Shown here piece after piece: positions 1-12,593 of a stretch of DNA of 64,000 nucleotides (its first letter is position 1; each line of letters opens with the position of its first letter). The notes beneath the pieces were generated by a model that was not told the DNA's origin, did no database searches, and worked only from the letters and a program-made list of their open reading frames with translations. The position numbers and the translations under genes are program-made. Source of the DNA: Octopus bimaculoides (lineage: Eukaryota); contig NC_068993.1 in NCBI RefSeq assembly GCF_001194135.2, forward strand, positions 54,290,346 through 54,354,345. Reading direction: 5' to 3'.

Positions 1-327
1 CGGCAATAGGCCAGATGTCTAATGTGAAATGTGGGCTTCATTTCAAATTGCTCATAGTAATCAGTGCTAAATACTAATGATTTATGAAGGGGTTACGGGT
101 ATGTACACGTACATGCAGTGTTACATGATGTACCTACAAGTAATAGAATAAGATAAAGAAGTAGAATGAGTTATAATGAAAAGGGAGTGGGATAATTATT
201 TACTAGGGTCATCTCTTTACCTCTAAGGGGAAAAGGGAGGGCTATTTGGTAGGCCAAATGACTATTTAACCACCTCAGCTGTTTGGGCCACTATATTAAG
301 GGTTTCTGTAATAGGGACAAGGACTGA

Positions 328-452
328 AATTTCGTGGGAGGGTACTAATCAATTACATTGAGCCCAGAACCCAACTGGTATTTATTTTATCGACCCCGAA
401 AGGATGAAAGGCAAAGTCAACCTCAGCAGAATTTGAACTCAGAATGTAAAAA
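328..452 (-). mobile_element. tRNA-derived SINE, family A (…gttcaaattccgccgaggtcgactttgcctttcatcctttcggggtcgataaaataagtaccagttg…), 5'-truncated
   Basis: Reverse complement of the copy at 459-617, with a B-box-like GTTCAAATT. The same family recurs at 25795, 27120, 35790, 41402 and 58748. Confidence 0.85.
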
Positions 453-458
453 CCACAA

Positions 459-617
459 GCAGAATTTCGTCTGTTTTTACGTTCTGAGTTCAAATTCCGC
501 CAAGGTCGACTTTACCTTTCATCCTTTCGGGGTCGATAAAATAAGCACCAGTTGAGCACTGGGGTCGATGTAATCGACTGGCTCCCATCCCTGAAATTGC
601 TGGACTTGTGTAAAAAT
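459..617 (+). mobile_element. tRNA-derived SINE, family A, 5'-truncated
   Basis: ttctgagttcaaattccgccaaggtcgactttacctttcatcctttcggggtcgataaaataagcaccagttgagcactggggtcgatgtaatcgact; multiple copies in the window. Confidence 0.85.
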
Positions 618-1086
618 TTGAAACCATCATTATTAATATAATCAGCCGACTCACTTCAAAAGCGAACTTTATAGAACTGAACTTATTTCTGTGTATATTT
701 GATTGATTATAAAAGATGTCTGTAAAGAGATCCGTCTTCGATAACATTAGATTAAATATTTTCAATGAATGTTTTGATTTCCTGAATGTAATAATTGTAA
801 AATTTTATGGCCCGACACAATTTTAACTTAAGCCGGGCAATTGATCGGAAATAGAAACTTGACTAATTATATGAAGTAATGCAAGGCGAGAAAAAACACG
901 AGAAATAATTAAATACTGAAATAAAGGCGATAGCATTTTAATTGGAGACTAGCATTATTTGTAAATAATGTAAAATATATCCAGGCACGCAGACAAATTA
1001 TAACTACACATATTTTCTCTCTTTTTTTGCTATGTGCACTTTTATTTTTTATGTTCCTACTCTTTTACACACTACACACTGTGATG

Positions 1087-2091
1087 TATATATATATATA
1101 TATATATATANNNNNNNNNNNNNNNNNNNNNNNNNNNNNNNNNNNNNNNNNNNNNNNNNNNNNNNNNNNNNNNNNNNNNNNNNNNNNNNNNNNNNNNNNN
1201 NNNNNNNNNNNNNNNNNNNNNNNNNNNNNNNNNNNNNNNNNNNNNNNNNNNNNNNNNNNNNNNNNNNNNNNNNNNNNNNNNNNNNNNNNNNNNNNNNNNN
1301 NNNNNNNNNNNNNNNNNNNNNNNNNNNNNNNNNNNNNNNNNNNNNNNNNNNNNNNNNNNNNNNNNNNNNNNNNNNNNNNNNNNNNNNNNNNNNNNNNNNN
1401 NNNNNNNNNNNNNNNNNNNNNNNNNNNNNNNNNNNNNNNNNNNNNNNNNNNNNNNNNNNNNNNNNNNNNNNNNNNNNNNNNNNNNNNNNNNNNNNNNNNN
1501 NNNNNNNNNNNNNNNNNNNNNNNNNNNNNNNNNNNNNNNNNNNNNNNNNNNNNNNNNNNNNNNNNNNNNNNNNNNNNNNNNNNNNNNNNNNNNNNNNNNN
1601 NNNNNNNNNNNNNNNNNNNNNNNNNNNNNNNNNNNNNNNNNNNNNNNNNNNNNNNNNNNNNNNNNNNNNNNNNNNNNNNNNNNNNNNNNNNNNNNNNNNN
1701 NNNNNNNNNNNNNNNNNNNNNNNNNNNNNNNNNNNNNNNNNNNNNNNNNNNNNNNNNNNNNNNNNNNNNNNNNNNNNNNNNNNNNNNNNNNNNNNNNNNN
1801 NNNNNNNNNNNNNNNNNNNNNNNNNNNNNNNNNNNNNNNNNNNNNNNNNNNNNNNNNNNNNNNNNNNNNNNNNNNNNNNNNNNNNNNNNNNNNNNNNNNN
1901 NNNNNNNNNNNNNNNNNNNNNNNNNNNNNNNNNNNNNNNNNNNNNNNNNNNNNNNNNNNNNNNNNNNNNNNNNNNNNNNNNNNNNNNNNNNNNNNNNNNN
2001 NNNNNNNNNNNNNNNNNNNNNNNNNNNNNNNNNNNNNNNNNNNNNNNNNNNNNNNNNNNNNNNNNNNNNNNNNNNNNNNNNNNNNNNNNNN

Positions 2092-2150
<59 letters not shown>

Positions 2151-2157
2151 GTATATA

Positions 2158-2195
<38 letters not shown>
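1087..2195. repeat. (TA)n microsatellite flanking an assembly gap (N 1111-2091)
   Basis: Seen directly on both sides of the N-run. Confidence 0.95.
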
Positions 2196-2196
<1 letters not shown>

Positions 2197-2277
2197 GTAC
2201 AGTGGTGGACTGGCCAGGTTGTCAGCTTGCCCGATGGCAAGAAGGCCCCTGCGCCATTAGAATCCATATATAGGGAC

Positions 2278-2994
2278 CTATGTTAGTATCTGTTGGTCCA
2301 TGGGCTGCAAGACAGGGGTGGTTTTGCATGAAAGGTACATAACTTTTATAAATCCAAATTCATCCAAGATATCATCTTCGAGGTTAGGATGGTGAATAGG
2401 AGAATGAGGAGGGCCTAGGGAGGAAGATTGTCCTCCAGAAGATACTTTTTCACTGCTGGTCCGAAGACAAGGTTGTCCCACTCGGTGGATAATTGCCTAA
2501 TGATCCAGGCTTTAACCTCCACATGACCTGCAGCTTCTTCTTCGGGATTTTGTGCGACTTGAACGCTCGTGGGTTTTGGGAATGGTAGACAAGGAGCAGC
2601 TTAATCTTCGAGTCCCCATTGGCAGTGGCACAAAGGGTGAGAGTTAGCCTGTCTTTCATAGGCTTGTGGTCTGGCATTTTCTTCTCCTCTACAGTTATGT
2701 AGATTCTTCTGGGTATTTTTCTCCAACAAAGACCAGTTTCCTCATAGTTGAATATCTGTTGTGCGATGTACCCCTCGACTGTGATGAGCTACCGGAATTC
2801 ACACAAAATCTTCAGCTGCCTTAATGTCAGATCTCGCTCCTGAGCGTGCGGAGATTGCGCTTGTTGGTCGCTTGTATGAAACTCGCTCGTACTGCGGATT
2901 TCCGCTCGTACTTCAAAACAAAAATTCGTACGAGCCTCGGCTCGTACAGCAAATTATTCGTTCAATGGTGCACTCGTACTGCGAGATTCTACTG
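2278..2994 (-). mobile_element. pogo/Tigger (Tc1-mariner superfamily) DNA transposon, internally deleted, with a decayed DDE transposase
   Basis: Minus-strand translation across frameshifts: EGYIAQQIFNYEETGLCWRKIPRRIYITVEEKKMPDHKPMKDRLTLTLCATANGDSKIKLLLVYHSQNPRAFKSHK...HHPNLEDDILDEFGFIKVMYLSCKTTPVLQPMDQQ, a Tigger-type DDE_1 domain. The terminus TA|CAGTAGAATCTCGCAGTACGAG lies at 2994, with a subterminal CTCGTA motif repeated at 2885-2980. Confidence 0.9.
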
Positions 2995-3003
2995 TATATA
3001 AGT

Positions 3004-3270
3004 AAGAACGTATGGCCTAGTGATTAGGGTGTTGCTCTCACGATCGTGAGTTCGATTTCCGGACCGGGCAGAGCGTTGTGTTCTTGAGCAAAACACTTCA
3101 TCTCGCGTTACTCTGCTATCATTTCGACATCTGACGAGTGGCACACCGCGCATCTGTATGGATAATGTCAATTTGATAGAAAGAATGAGTTAATGAGCAA
3201 CACGAACATTTGATCTCTATAAAACAAATCATTTGCACAGGTTGTTCAACAAGAAATTGCAGAACCGTCT
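3004..3270 (+). mobile_element. tRNA-derived SINE with a CORE-like segment (family C)
   Basis: A-box-like tggcctagtgattag, B-box-like gttcgattt, then gttgtgttcttgagcaaaacacttcatctc. The head is shared with copies at 39040, 49340, 54490, 60147 and 61965. Confidence 0.75.
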
Positions 3271-3825
3271 TTCTTGAATTCAAGAGACTACCAGACCTCC
3301 ATAAAGTCTATTTCACTTCCCTTGCTTTCTTTGTTTTTTTCTATGCTGTAGGAATGTCACATACATTTATAGTCATACGCACATACTTGCACTCACACAA
3401 ACACACACAAGACCTTGTAATAAGGTCTATCGTAATCAGCTTTTTATTCTTCTCAGCACTGTCCTTTGCACTAACCTTCTTAGGACCCATGGTTAACACA
3501 ACTAGTTATTATAAGATAATAGCAATAAATGCACAAAAATAAACAAAACACTGGGTAAAACACAACAGGGATGAGCTACAATGAGATAAACACGTGAACT
3601 GAGCGAGTGGAGACTGCTCTCGTTGGTCACTTATATGAAACTCATTTATACTGTAATAAGGTCCAGTGATAAAGTGAAACTGACAATCTTCAGTTACAGT
3701 ATTCTATTTAGTAGTTATGTTAACAAAGATTGTCAACTGGTTACTGCTTCAATTTTAATTATCAGGGATACATGTAAATATATATTTAGATGGATGGATA
3801 GGTAGTGGGTGAAGAGTAATTAGGT

Positions 3826-4265
3826 AAAAGAGTTTACCTTACTAACTGATGATATCTGGGTTCAGTCCCACTGTGTGGCACCTTGGGCAAGTGTCTTCTA
3901 ACATAGCTTCAAGCTGACCAAATCCTTGTGAGTGAATTTCATAGACGGAAACTAAAAGAAGCCCATTATATGTATGTATGTATCATCATCATCATCGTCG
4001 TTTAACGTCCGCTTTGTGTATATATGTATATATGTGTGCGCGCGCGCACTTGTGTCTTTGTGTTTGTCCCCAACCACCACTTGACAACCGGTGTTGATGT
4101 GTTACATCCTTGTAACCTAGCGGTTCACCCAAAGAGACTGATAGAATAAGTATCAAGCATTAAAAAAAAAATACTGGGGTTGATTCATTCAACTAAAAAT
4201 TCTTGAAGGTGATGCCCCAGCATGGCCATTGTCTAATGACTGGAACAAATAAAAGATAAAAGATA
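3826..4265 (+). mobile_element. tRNA-derived SINE, family B (…gggttcagtcccactg…ccttgggcaagtgtcttct…), near full length with an internal microsatellite
   Basis: Collinear with the copy at 32648-33020; ends in an aaagataaaagata tail. Confidence 0.85.
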
Positions 4266-5503
4266 TCTTACTAAAATTCCACCATCATCATCATCATCAT
4301 CATCATCACCTTTGTCATTACTGTTAAAACTATCACAATCACCTCTACTGCAGTGCCACTACTACAATCCTACTGTCACTACTACTACAGCTGTCATCAT
4401 TACTATGACTGCTGCCATCGTCATTGAAGTCACCATTATCATTGCAGTTACTGCAATCACCACTACTTGAAGTACAACATGCACAGTTATGCAGTATTGT
4501 TCTATCTCCAACAACCTCTATCCTTCTTAGAATTACTTCTAACATACACAAGGCTACACGTTTTATGGGAAGAGGTGTTGTCAGTTAAATGAACACAGTA
4601 TTTCACTGGTTACCAATTCATTAATTTCAAAAGGTTAAAAAGCAACATCAGTTCTGGTGAGATTTGAAATACGAATGTATTTTTAGACTGTTTTTTAATG
4701 TTATCTGGAGAAAGGTGTCAGTGCCCATGACCTTTACAGGTCCCTCTGAAATTATTGTGGTTGATGTTTTTAAACAACTGCAAATTGATGACAGCAGGTA
4801 AAACATGGACAATGAGAGGAATCCAGTGGACTAATGTTCTCCAGAATGTCAACCCTGGAAAGTAAGAAATGAGCTTAGTGGTTGATGCAGGGATAATGTG
4901 TGAAAACTATGGGTAATGAGAGTGGAAGAAATGAATGAGCTTGATGGTCCTGGGTGGAATTAGCATGGATAAACTAGCCAGCTCCAAGAAGTTACTGTAA
5001 TAGCAGTAAAAATGCAGAAAGTCTGAGGTTAGTGACTAGAATGTGTTAGTGGGTGATACTAAAGTTGTTGGTTTATTTTGGAAAGAATCAACAACTGTTG
5101 TGAGTTGAAATATTTTCTGATGCTGAAGATAAAGATCAGTCCTTGTGATGCAACCTTTACTATTTTGAGAATGTGAGAGCAGCAGGAGAGATCCTTGCAC
5201 TGTAACTCTCTAGGATGGTTATGGTACCTTGTGTGTTCAGTCAAATATGTCAGTTGACTGAGGCGTAAGATTATACAAAAGACCAGAAGACCAGATTATA
5301 CAAAAGACCAGCAATTCTATTAATCTACCCACCCTCCACTACTGGACTCATACTTTACTTTATCACCCCCCCCCCACCACCAAAAAAAGGATAAAAAGCA
5401 AAATTAATCTCATCAGAATTTAAACTTAAAGAAGGGTGAACTGGAATGAATACCACAAGGTATTTGATGTCACACTTTAATACCTCTGCCAATTTGCCAC
5501 TCT

Positions 5504-5671
5504 TTAACCCTGAATTAATCATGCATTATCTCATTAATTCAAGATTTTGATGATGTAGTTTATCTTGAGAGTAACATTGTAGGGTAGGTGTGAGAGACCA
5601 GATCTGGCTGGTTTGAACATAAAACAGGTAGATTTGGGCTAGATATGGCTGGTTTAAATGCTAATGGTTAA
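5504..5671 (+). mobile_element. piggyBac-like MITE (TTAA-flanked), internally deleted copy
   Basis: Ends ttaaccct...aatgctaatggttaa; the interior matches the copies at 39660 and 62201. Confidence 0.7.
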
Positions 5672-7529
5672 ACTATTGTAGCGTTCTTCCTGTATTATTC
5701 TTTTATCCTAAATTATTTTATCAATCATTTTATTTAGTTAATCAGAGTGCAGGGCATAAGAAATGGCCCAAAAAAAAAATCAATAGAATCTAACAAGGTC
5801 AAGATGAAGGTAAAACCAGCACTTGTTCTCATAGTAAACATTAAAACTGATGCCAAACCATATTATATCATCACCATCATCATCATCATCATCCTCTGCT
5901 CATTATTTTGTTGTTGAGATTTTTTTTTCTCTTTTGTGAAACACATGAGTCTGGATCTATTTTAAGAAATCCATATTTATCTTTTATATGTCTTAGCTAC
6001 TGAGGAGTGAGTGAGAATTTCAGAATATCAATGAAACTTGCATCATTGGTGGAAGACCAATAGTGAAGTGGGTTATATAGATAGCTATGAAATTAATTAC
6101 ATTTGATTTATATATATATAAATATACACACACACACACACACACACACAGATTTATATATACAGACCTACATTTATATGCACATGCACACACTCACATC
6201 ACACACGTTCAATTACATAAACAGCCACATGTAAACATATTCAACAGAAGATCCGTTATACAAACCATAAATGTGTCGTACAAAAGATAACACACCATGC
6301 AATATAAAGTACAGTGGTAGCATGAAAAAAAGATGGATATTATTGATTTAAGTATATAATGAAGTAATAAAAAATGCACAATAACAAAAATAGTAGCAAA
6401 AACACAACATACAATATAATACATAATAACATTCAATGCAACATAGCAATTTTCAATGTAATACAATATAATGATAGCTGTGTAAACATGTTTATCCTAG
6501 TTTATTATTTTTTGGATGATGTCTGCCAATATTTTTCTCTGTAACTATGTAAATGTTTTATTTTGAAGCATCAAGGCTACCATTGAATTACATTTTAGTT
6601 ATATATGAGCTCCAGATTGGCAGTGAATTTAAGTGACTTTATATTGTGAAAAAGTTGTTTGTTTTGACTCATTAATTTTATTAATGTACTTAAAAAAAAA
6701 ACAAATGGTTTCAAAAGTGAGAATAATGTACAAGAGAGATTTTAGATGGTAATTTGACTTGCTGTAAATAACAGTCAAATTTTCTTTCTTTAAGTCATAG
6801 GCTTCTCAAAGGAATAAGACACAGAACTATAGCCTTTATATGTATGCTATATCTTGGGGAAAAAAGTGAGACAAGAATATTTTTGATCATAAGACTATTC
6901 TGGGATTAAACAACAACTAGAAATATATCAGCCATCTGTTATTCTCAATATTAAACACAAAGTATACTCTCTCTTTGTCTCTCTCTCTCTCCCCCTCTCT
7001 GTCTCTCTCACACACACACACATATGCATGCACTCATTCAAACACATACATACACTAGATACACAATCCAGTAAAGGAACTTCTGTGGATGCTTGACCCA
7101 CTAGAAATATCAGAAAAACTTTTGTGAGTCATACTGTTTTTTTTTTAAACAAAGCATACATTTGATAACACATCTAAGAATATAGTTCTAACTACACAAT
7201 AATTAAAAAAAAGAAGAGGAATGGTCATGGCTGGAATGCCTTTGATCACTTGATCATAGATCTGCTGGTTCATGAATGAAACCTTTGATAATTGTGTAGG
7301 CAATCATGAATGGTCTGATTCATATCACTTATGAGACATGAATCATATCATTGCACTGTTACTTCTGATAAATTATATGACTAAAGTAATATGACTAAAA
7401 TGATAAATGATGCTGAGACATGCTAATGCTTCTGAACTTACACTGATTGCTTTTCTTCGTAGACATACCTAGAGAGAGAGAGACAGACAGACAGAGGACA
7501 AACCAGAAAAGAGTAAAACTTTGGTTGAT

Positions 7530-7752
7530 CGTTGATAACAGTTGCAGCACTGGTGCTGGTGCCACAGGAAAAGCTCTGGTATTGGCACCATGTAAAAAGC
7601 TCTGGTGATGGTGTCACCCAGCACACTCTGTAAAGGGTTTGGCATTAGGAAGGGCATCCAGCTTTAGAAACAATACAGAACTTGGTGTGGCTCCTGGCAT
7701 TGCCAGCTCCTATCAAACCATCCAATCTAGACATTAAATGATGATGATGATG
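7530..7752 (+). mobile_element. RTE-type retroelement 3' end with a (TGA)n tail
   Basis: gcacactctgtaaagggtttggcattaggaagggcatccagc...gacattaaatgatgatgatga, which matches the 3' end of the LINE at 16391-16682. Confidence 0.75.
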
Positions 7753-8188
7753 CCCAGTTAACATTTATGATGGGCTTAGTTTTGAACCTTAGCTCTTGTG
7801 TATAATGGTATCTGTGCTCACCAGTTTATATTGATTTCCAAGGAATGTCCTTTTCCTTACCATACATCCAAAGATGAGAATTTTCCCATTAGAAGATATT
7901 ATCCCTTGACTTCTCATCTGTTAGACTGATAGCTTATCAATTTAGCTATAAAGACGCTCAGTTGAACCCCTTCCTCAGCCTATACTAAATACAGACAGTA
8001 ACAGTTCACCTAACACCTTGATCTTTGATCTTTTCCTTTCATAATCCTATTTACAACAGAGGTAGTAACCTCATCTAGTTTCTTTTCTAAGATAATCAGA
8101 AACAAAACAAATATGGCTTCTCACTCCCTCTCCTTTCTCTCTCTGTCTTTCTTTCCCCTCCCTCCCCCTCTCCTCAATACAATTGGAA

Positions 8189-8375
8189 CTACACTCTGAT
8201 GGATCTGTGATATTTGCACAGCTATAATAACCAGGCATGAATGATCTTGTAGTAGTCAGCTTGAACAGCTGAGACCTTGCCAGAATAAAAGCATGGGCCT
8301 ATCAATGGCTGGAAGCTGACATTTGAAGCAACAAAGTACAAATAAGTGATTGTATCAAGGGAAAGAAGTTTATCT
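8189..8375 (+). mobile_element. Highly decayed non-LTR (CR1/L2/Jockey-group) reverse transcriptase C-terminal fragment
   Basis: Translation with stops and a frameshift gives LHSDGSVIFA...SLNS*DLARIKAWAYQW/LTFEATKYK*VIVSR. This resembles the DL..I..WA..W...F...K...M..S pattern that follows the YADD motif. Confidence 0.4.
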
Positions 8376-11300
8376 GGTCTTGATTTTTTTTCATTTTTCG
8401 AATATAAGCTGGTTTTGAGGAAAGACATAAGTAATCTGCTTGATATCAGCAATCACTCGTAGGTGTGAGAGAACTGTAACAGCTTTATAAAGATTAGGAG
8501 TACAACATGCAATTAGAAATAACTTAGATATACATCTAAGAGCTTTTATTTATGAAAAAGGCCAAAACATTGCAGTGTACATCTTTCTATTAATGTATGT
8601 AGCTAAGTCAACTCAATCAAAAAAGGAAAGCTTTCAGAACATAAAGACATGAAATGCCTTTAAGCATAGCTTCCCAGTTCTAAGGTTACTTGATATCTAC
8701 TCCAAAACTTTTTGAGTGTTGTGTAAAGTTATTACTCTCTGAGAGTGAATACTATGAAATTACAAGTAAACTCTTATGTGAATCTGGTCACCATTTTCAT
8801 TCCTTAATTATATTTTCTATTGATTACCAGTTTGATCGTCCTTTGTTTCTTAATTGTATCTTCCATTACATTGCTATCCTTGAGAAATTCCTTAAAATGT
8901 CATTTACACATAAGCTTGGGAACAGCAGGTGCAAGCGCACCCCATAAAATTTTTGGTAGGGCAACTGAAAACACTTTGAGCATCCTCCTGAAAAACTTCG
9001 TCACCAAAACGAACGAGCTTACAAAAATTTTGAACTGATTTGATTGATGTACGAACACGATAATAGTTATTACTACTACTACTACTATACCTGTGTTTGT
9101 TTTGATATTAAGATAGAAAGAATCAACTTGGTTTGTAAAACATTTTGGACCTGGTTTGTACCCCCTGAGCAAGTTTCGTTCCTGCACTTTAAGCATTTAC
9201 CCTTTTCTCTAAATCTGAGATATTTTACCAAATCAGACTCCATCATTATTAGGCCACTAGTTAAACTGATGACTCTCTTTTCCATTTTCCTTGATATTTC
9301 TTTTTGAATCTTTTCCTTCTTCTTCCAAAGAAGAGCCATAAATAGTCAAATATATTATTATATGGCATCGATTTTCTTTTTAATTGCTCTAAAACACGGC
9401 CAAATACAATACAATTTGTTTGTTAGCAAAGCATTTTTTCTTCTTCCCTCGCTTTTCTTTTATTAAAGCTAAAACAAAACTTAACCAAAATTGAAGGCAA
9501 TTTCTTGTAAAGGAAGGAAATGCCGTAATTTTCTAAAATAATTAATCCATAATTGTAAAAAAATAACAACGTGGTTAGATCATTTTTACACGACATAGTG
9601 ACTAATGGCTCTCTGAATAATATCAGAACTTTAATTAATCGATTATAGTCTTTATCCTGTTTTCCCATGCACTCTTACTCTAATTAAAATTAATCGAGTG
9701 CTGGTTTGATGGACACAGCAATTTTAAACGAAAATTCATCGTTTTAAGTAATTCGATTATTATTATTAACATGTGAGAATGGCGTAGAAACTTCCAGATA
9801 TGCGAGCTGATTCCATGCCAAGTTTCAAATTCCCAAATGGAGATATCCCTTTAGAAAGGGATAAACCTCACTTAATCTCATATCCCTCATGAAACTGAGT
9901 ACGCGTGCTTTATTTAGGAAGAGATAAACCTCACATAATCTCTTATTCTCCTTGCATTATAAATCTGAGTATGCGTGCTTACGTAAGGAATTATTGATAG
10001 AAAGGAGTAGTGCGGATAATCTAGTAGATAGGTAGATAGAGTAAAACCGCCGTAGAGAAGTGGAAACGAAGGAAAAGAGAGGAAGTATTATGAAGAAATT
10101 TGCAATAGCAGGCATCGCTTATTGAAAGTAAAATATTGCGATGGAGGAAGGTGGATTAAATATTAACAGAGAAAAGCAAATATCTGAGTAGTTAAATACA
10201 GTGTGGGAAGGAATAGTAAAGATGAGAAACGGAAGGTGGGAGATATAAGAGTGAGGAGATCAGGAAAGTGAGAGGAGAGTAAGATAAATCGGAGTGAGAA
10301 GAAAAGACACTGGGAAATGTGAGAGATGGAACGAAAAATGAAAGCCGCTGAGTAAAAGAGAGGAAGAAGGAATTTGGGGAAGTCGAAAAGTAACAATTAA
10401 AGAGTTAGTGTGAGAGGTGGGAGGAGGAGGTGATAGAACTATAGAGGGAGACAAGAGAGATCAGTGAGAGAGGGAGGAAAGAGAGATAGGTGAGAGAGGG
10501 AGGAAGCGTAAGAGAGATCAGAGTTGGAGAGAAGTGGAAATAGTTTAAAGCGAAGAAAATATGGTAAAACCGTAATAATAAATGGCAACACTATCAAATA
10601 ATTAGAAGTGAAGGGGAAATTTATGAGGCCAGATCTATTATCTACCTGGATTGAAAGAAGTTAATAAAAACAGATAAGAGAGACCGAGAAATATTGAATG
10701 ACAATGCGGTGGTGGCGATGATGATGTTGTATAAATCAAGGAGGCAATAAGAATTTTGCTCACTTTGGTCTGTTTCCGAACAGAAAAACTTTACACATCC
10801 TTTGGCTAAACTACCCTGACCCAATATAACGTTTATTTCGGCGTAATGTCAACATTAATAATTCTTTCACAACAGGAAACTAATTCTAAAGAAATGGTTA
10901 TTTTTTTACGAAACTCTGCAGCAAAGTAGAATTGTCATAATTATAACAGCCTGCACTTCACTTCGATGTTTTCTCTCTGTTTCACACACGCGCGCGCACC
11001 TATTTACTAGTGCGGTCATAACGCACTTAGGAAAGGTAGTTGTCCTGGAACGCCTTATCCACAATGTCAGGAAAAGGCCCCAGTGTTTCCCTCCCCCGAC
11101 CTCTCTGCAGTCATGACTCGATCTCCAAGTAAGCGACAACACCTCTTTATACACGTGTGACATCTAGCAGCTAGCAGGCGAGACTACCGGTTTGTCAGGG
11201 GCAGATAACAAAAGCCCTGTCAGTCCATACTCAAATCAGATACATTTTATAGCTTTATTCAGCTAATGATAAATAATATATTTACTGTACTTCATACATT

Positions 11301-11583
11301 TAGTTAATTAGCTGTCATTGAAATAATGTAACAATAAACAAAGGAATTGCTGACACAACTAATGTAAAGTATAATAGGGTATTATATGCGGCGGTACAAA
11401 AGGGTAAGGTGATGGTATGCTCTATATATATATATAGGTAATTTTATGTAGGAGAATAAATAAAAGCATATAAAGCAATTGCATAATATTGGTAGTAAGA
11501 AATAGAAAATTATCAAGCGTGTGTGTATGTGTGGNNNNNNNNNNNNNNNNNNNNNNNNNNNNNNNNNNNNNNNNNNNNNNNNN

Positions 11584-11616
<33 letters not shown>

Positions 11617-12412
11617 GATATTAATTTCATATCTACTTTCCATGCTGACATGGATTGAAGGAATCAACAGATAAGAGAACCAGTCTTTGCTCCAGTGTGT
11701 ATGCATGTATGTACACACACACATATCCGTATAATACTTGGTGATTATATTAGTCAATCACCTTACATACTATTGTTTATTCTATCTTAAATATCAATTC
11801 TCTATACGCTGTCACTTCTTGTATTGTAACCATCACCTATACATTTTAATACTGACACACACGCACAATATGAACGTGGTGGGAAATTATGTTCTTATTC
11901 TGTGAAAAGAAAAATAATATTTGAGGCAACATATTTCTGATGAGTGAAACAATTATTTCTCTTCTTGTGTGTGTGTGTGTTGAATACACGGACTGTATTC
12001 TTTTCCCTCTTTGTTTCGAACTTAATTGCATATCAATCTTAAGTCTTCACTCTCAGAATCTTCATGAATCAATATTTGATTAGCAAGTTGATTACTGAGA
12101 TCAGTGTCAATTAACTCAGTTAAGACAAGTCAACACTTAATTATCAAGGTTGAATCAAGCTATTATATATATAAGATAGACTTGAATAGATTTATTAACA
12201 TTTTGTCAAGGGGATAAAAATTTCCATTGGTAAAAACTCTTGCGTTAATGAGCTACTTACAGATAGACACAAATATACAGAAACAAGCATAAAACAGCGT
12301 CAATTATTTTCTACATCAAACTGAAACAAGATAAAACCTGTGGTCACCTTATTTCTGAAATGCTGTTTCCATTGTCTGTTACACACAACTAGTAAGCTGA
12401 CAATTGCTAAGA

Positions 12413-12562
12413 TGCAGGCATGGCTGTGTGGTAAGAAGTTTGTTTCCCAACCACACGGTCCCAGATTCAGTCCCATCTTGGGCAACTGTCTTCTATGATA
12501 GCTTTGGGCTGACGAAAGCCTTGTGAGCGGATTTGGTAGGCAGAAACTAAAAGAAGTCTGTC

Positions 12563-12565
<3 letters not shown>
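12413..12565 (+). mobile_element. SINE family B, 5' half
   Basis: gcaggcatggctgtgtggtaagaagtttg...ccagattcagtccc...gccttgtgagcggatttggtaggcagaaactaaaagaag, followed by (TA)n. Confidence 0.8.

Positions 12566-12593
<28 letters not shown>

Noticed and set aside
1027-2286. Long ORFs of 380-420 aa
   Set aside because: Artefacts of the N gap plus (TA)n repeats, translating as X and YI runs.
3004-3075. tRNA gene (also the similar heads at 54490 and 61965)
   Set aside because: A/B boxes are present, but no full cloverleaf forms and each continues into a SINE body.
11937-11960. CTGATGAGTGAAAC, a perfect-looking hammerhead core
   Set aside because: Only 2 nt lie between the boxes, so stem II cannot form, and there is no complementary stem I or III.
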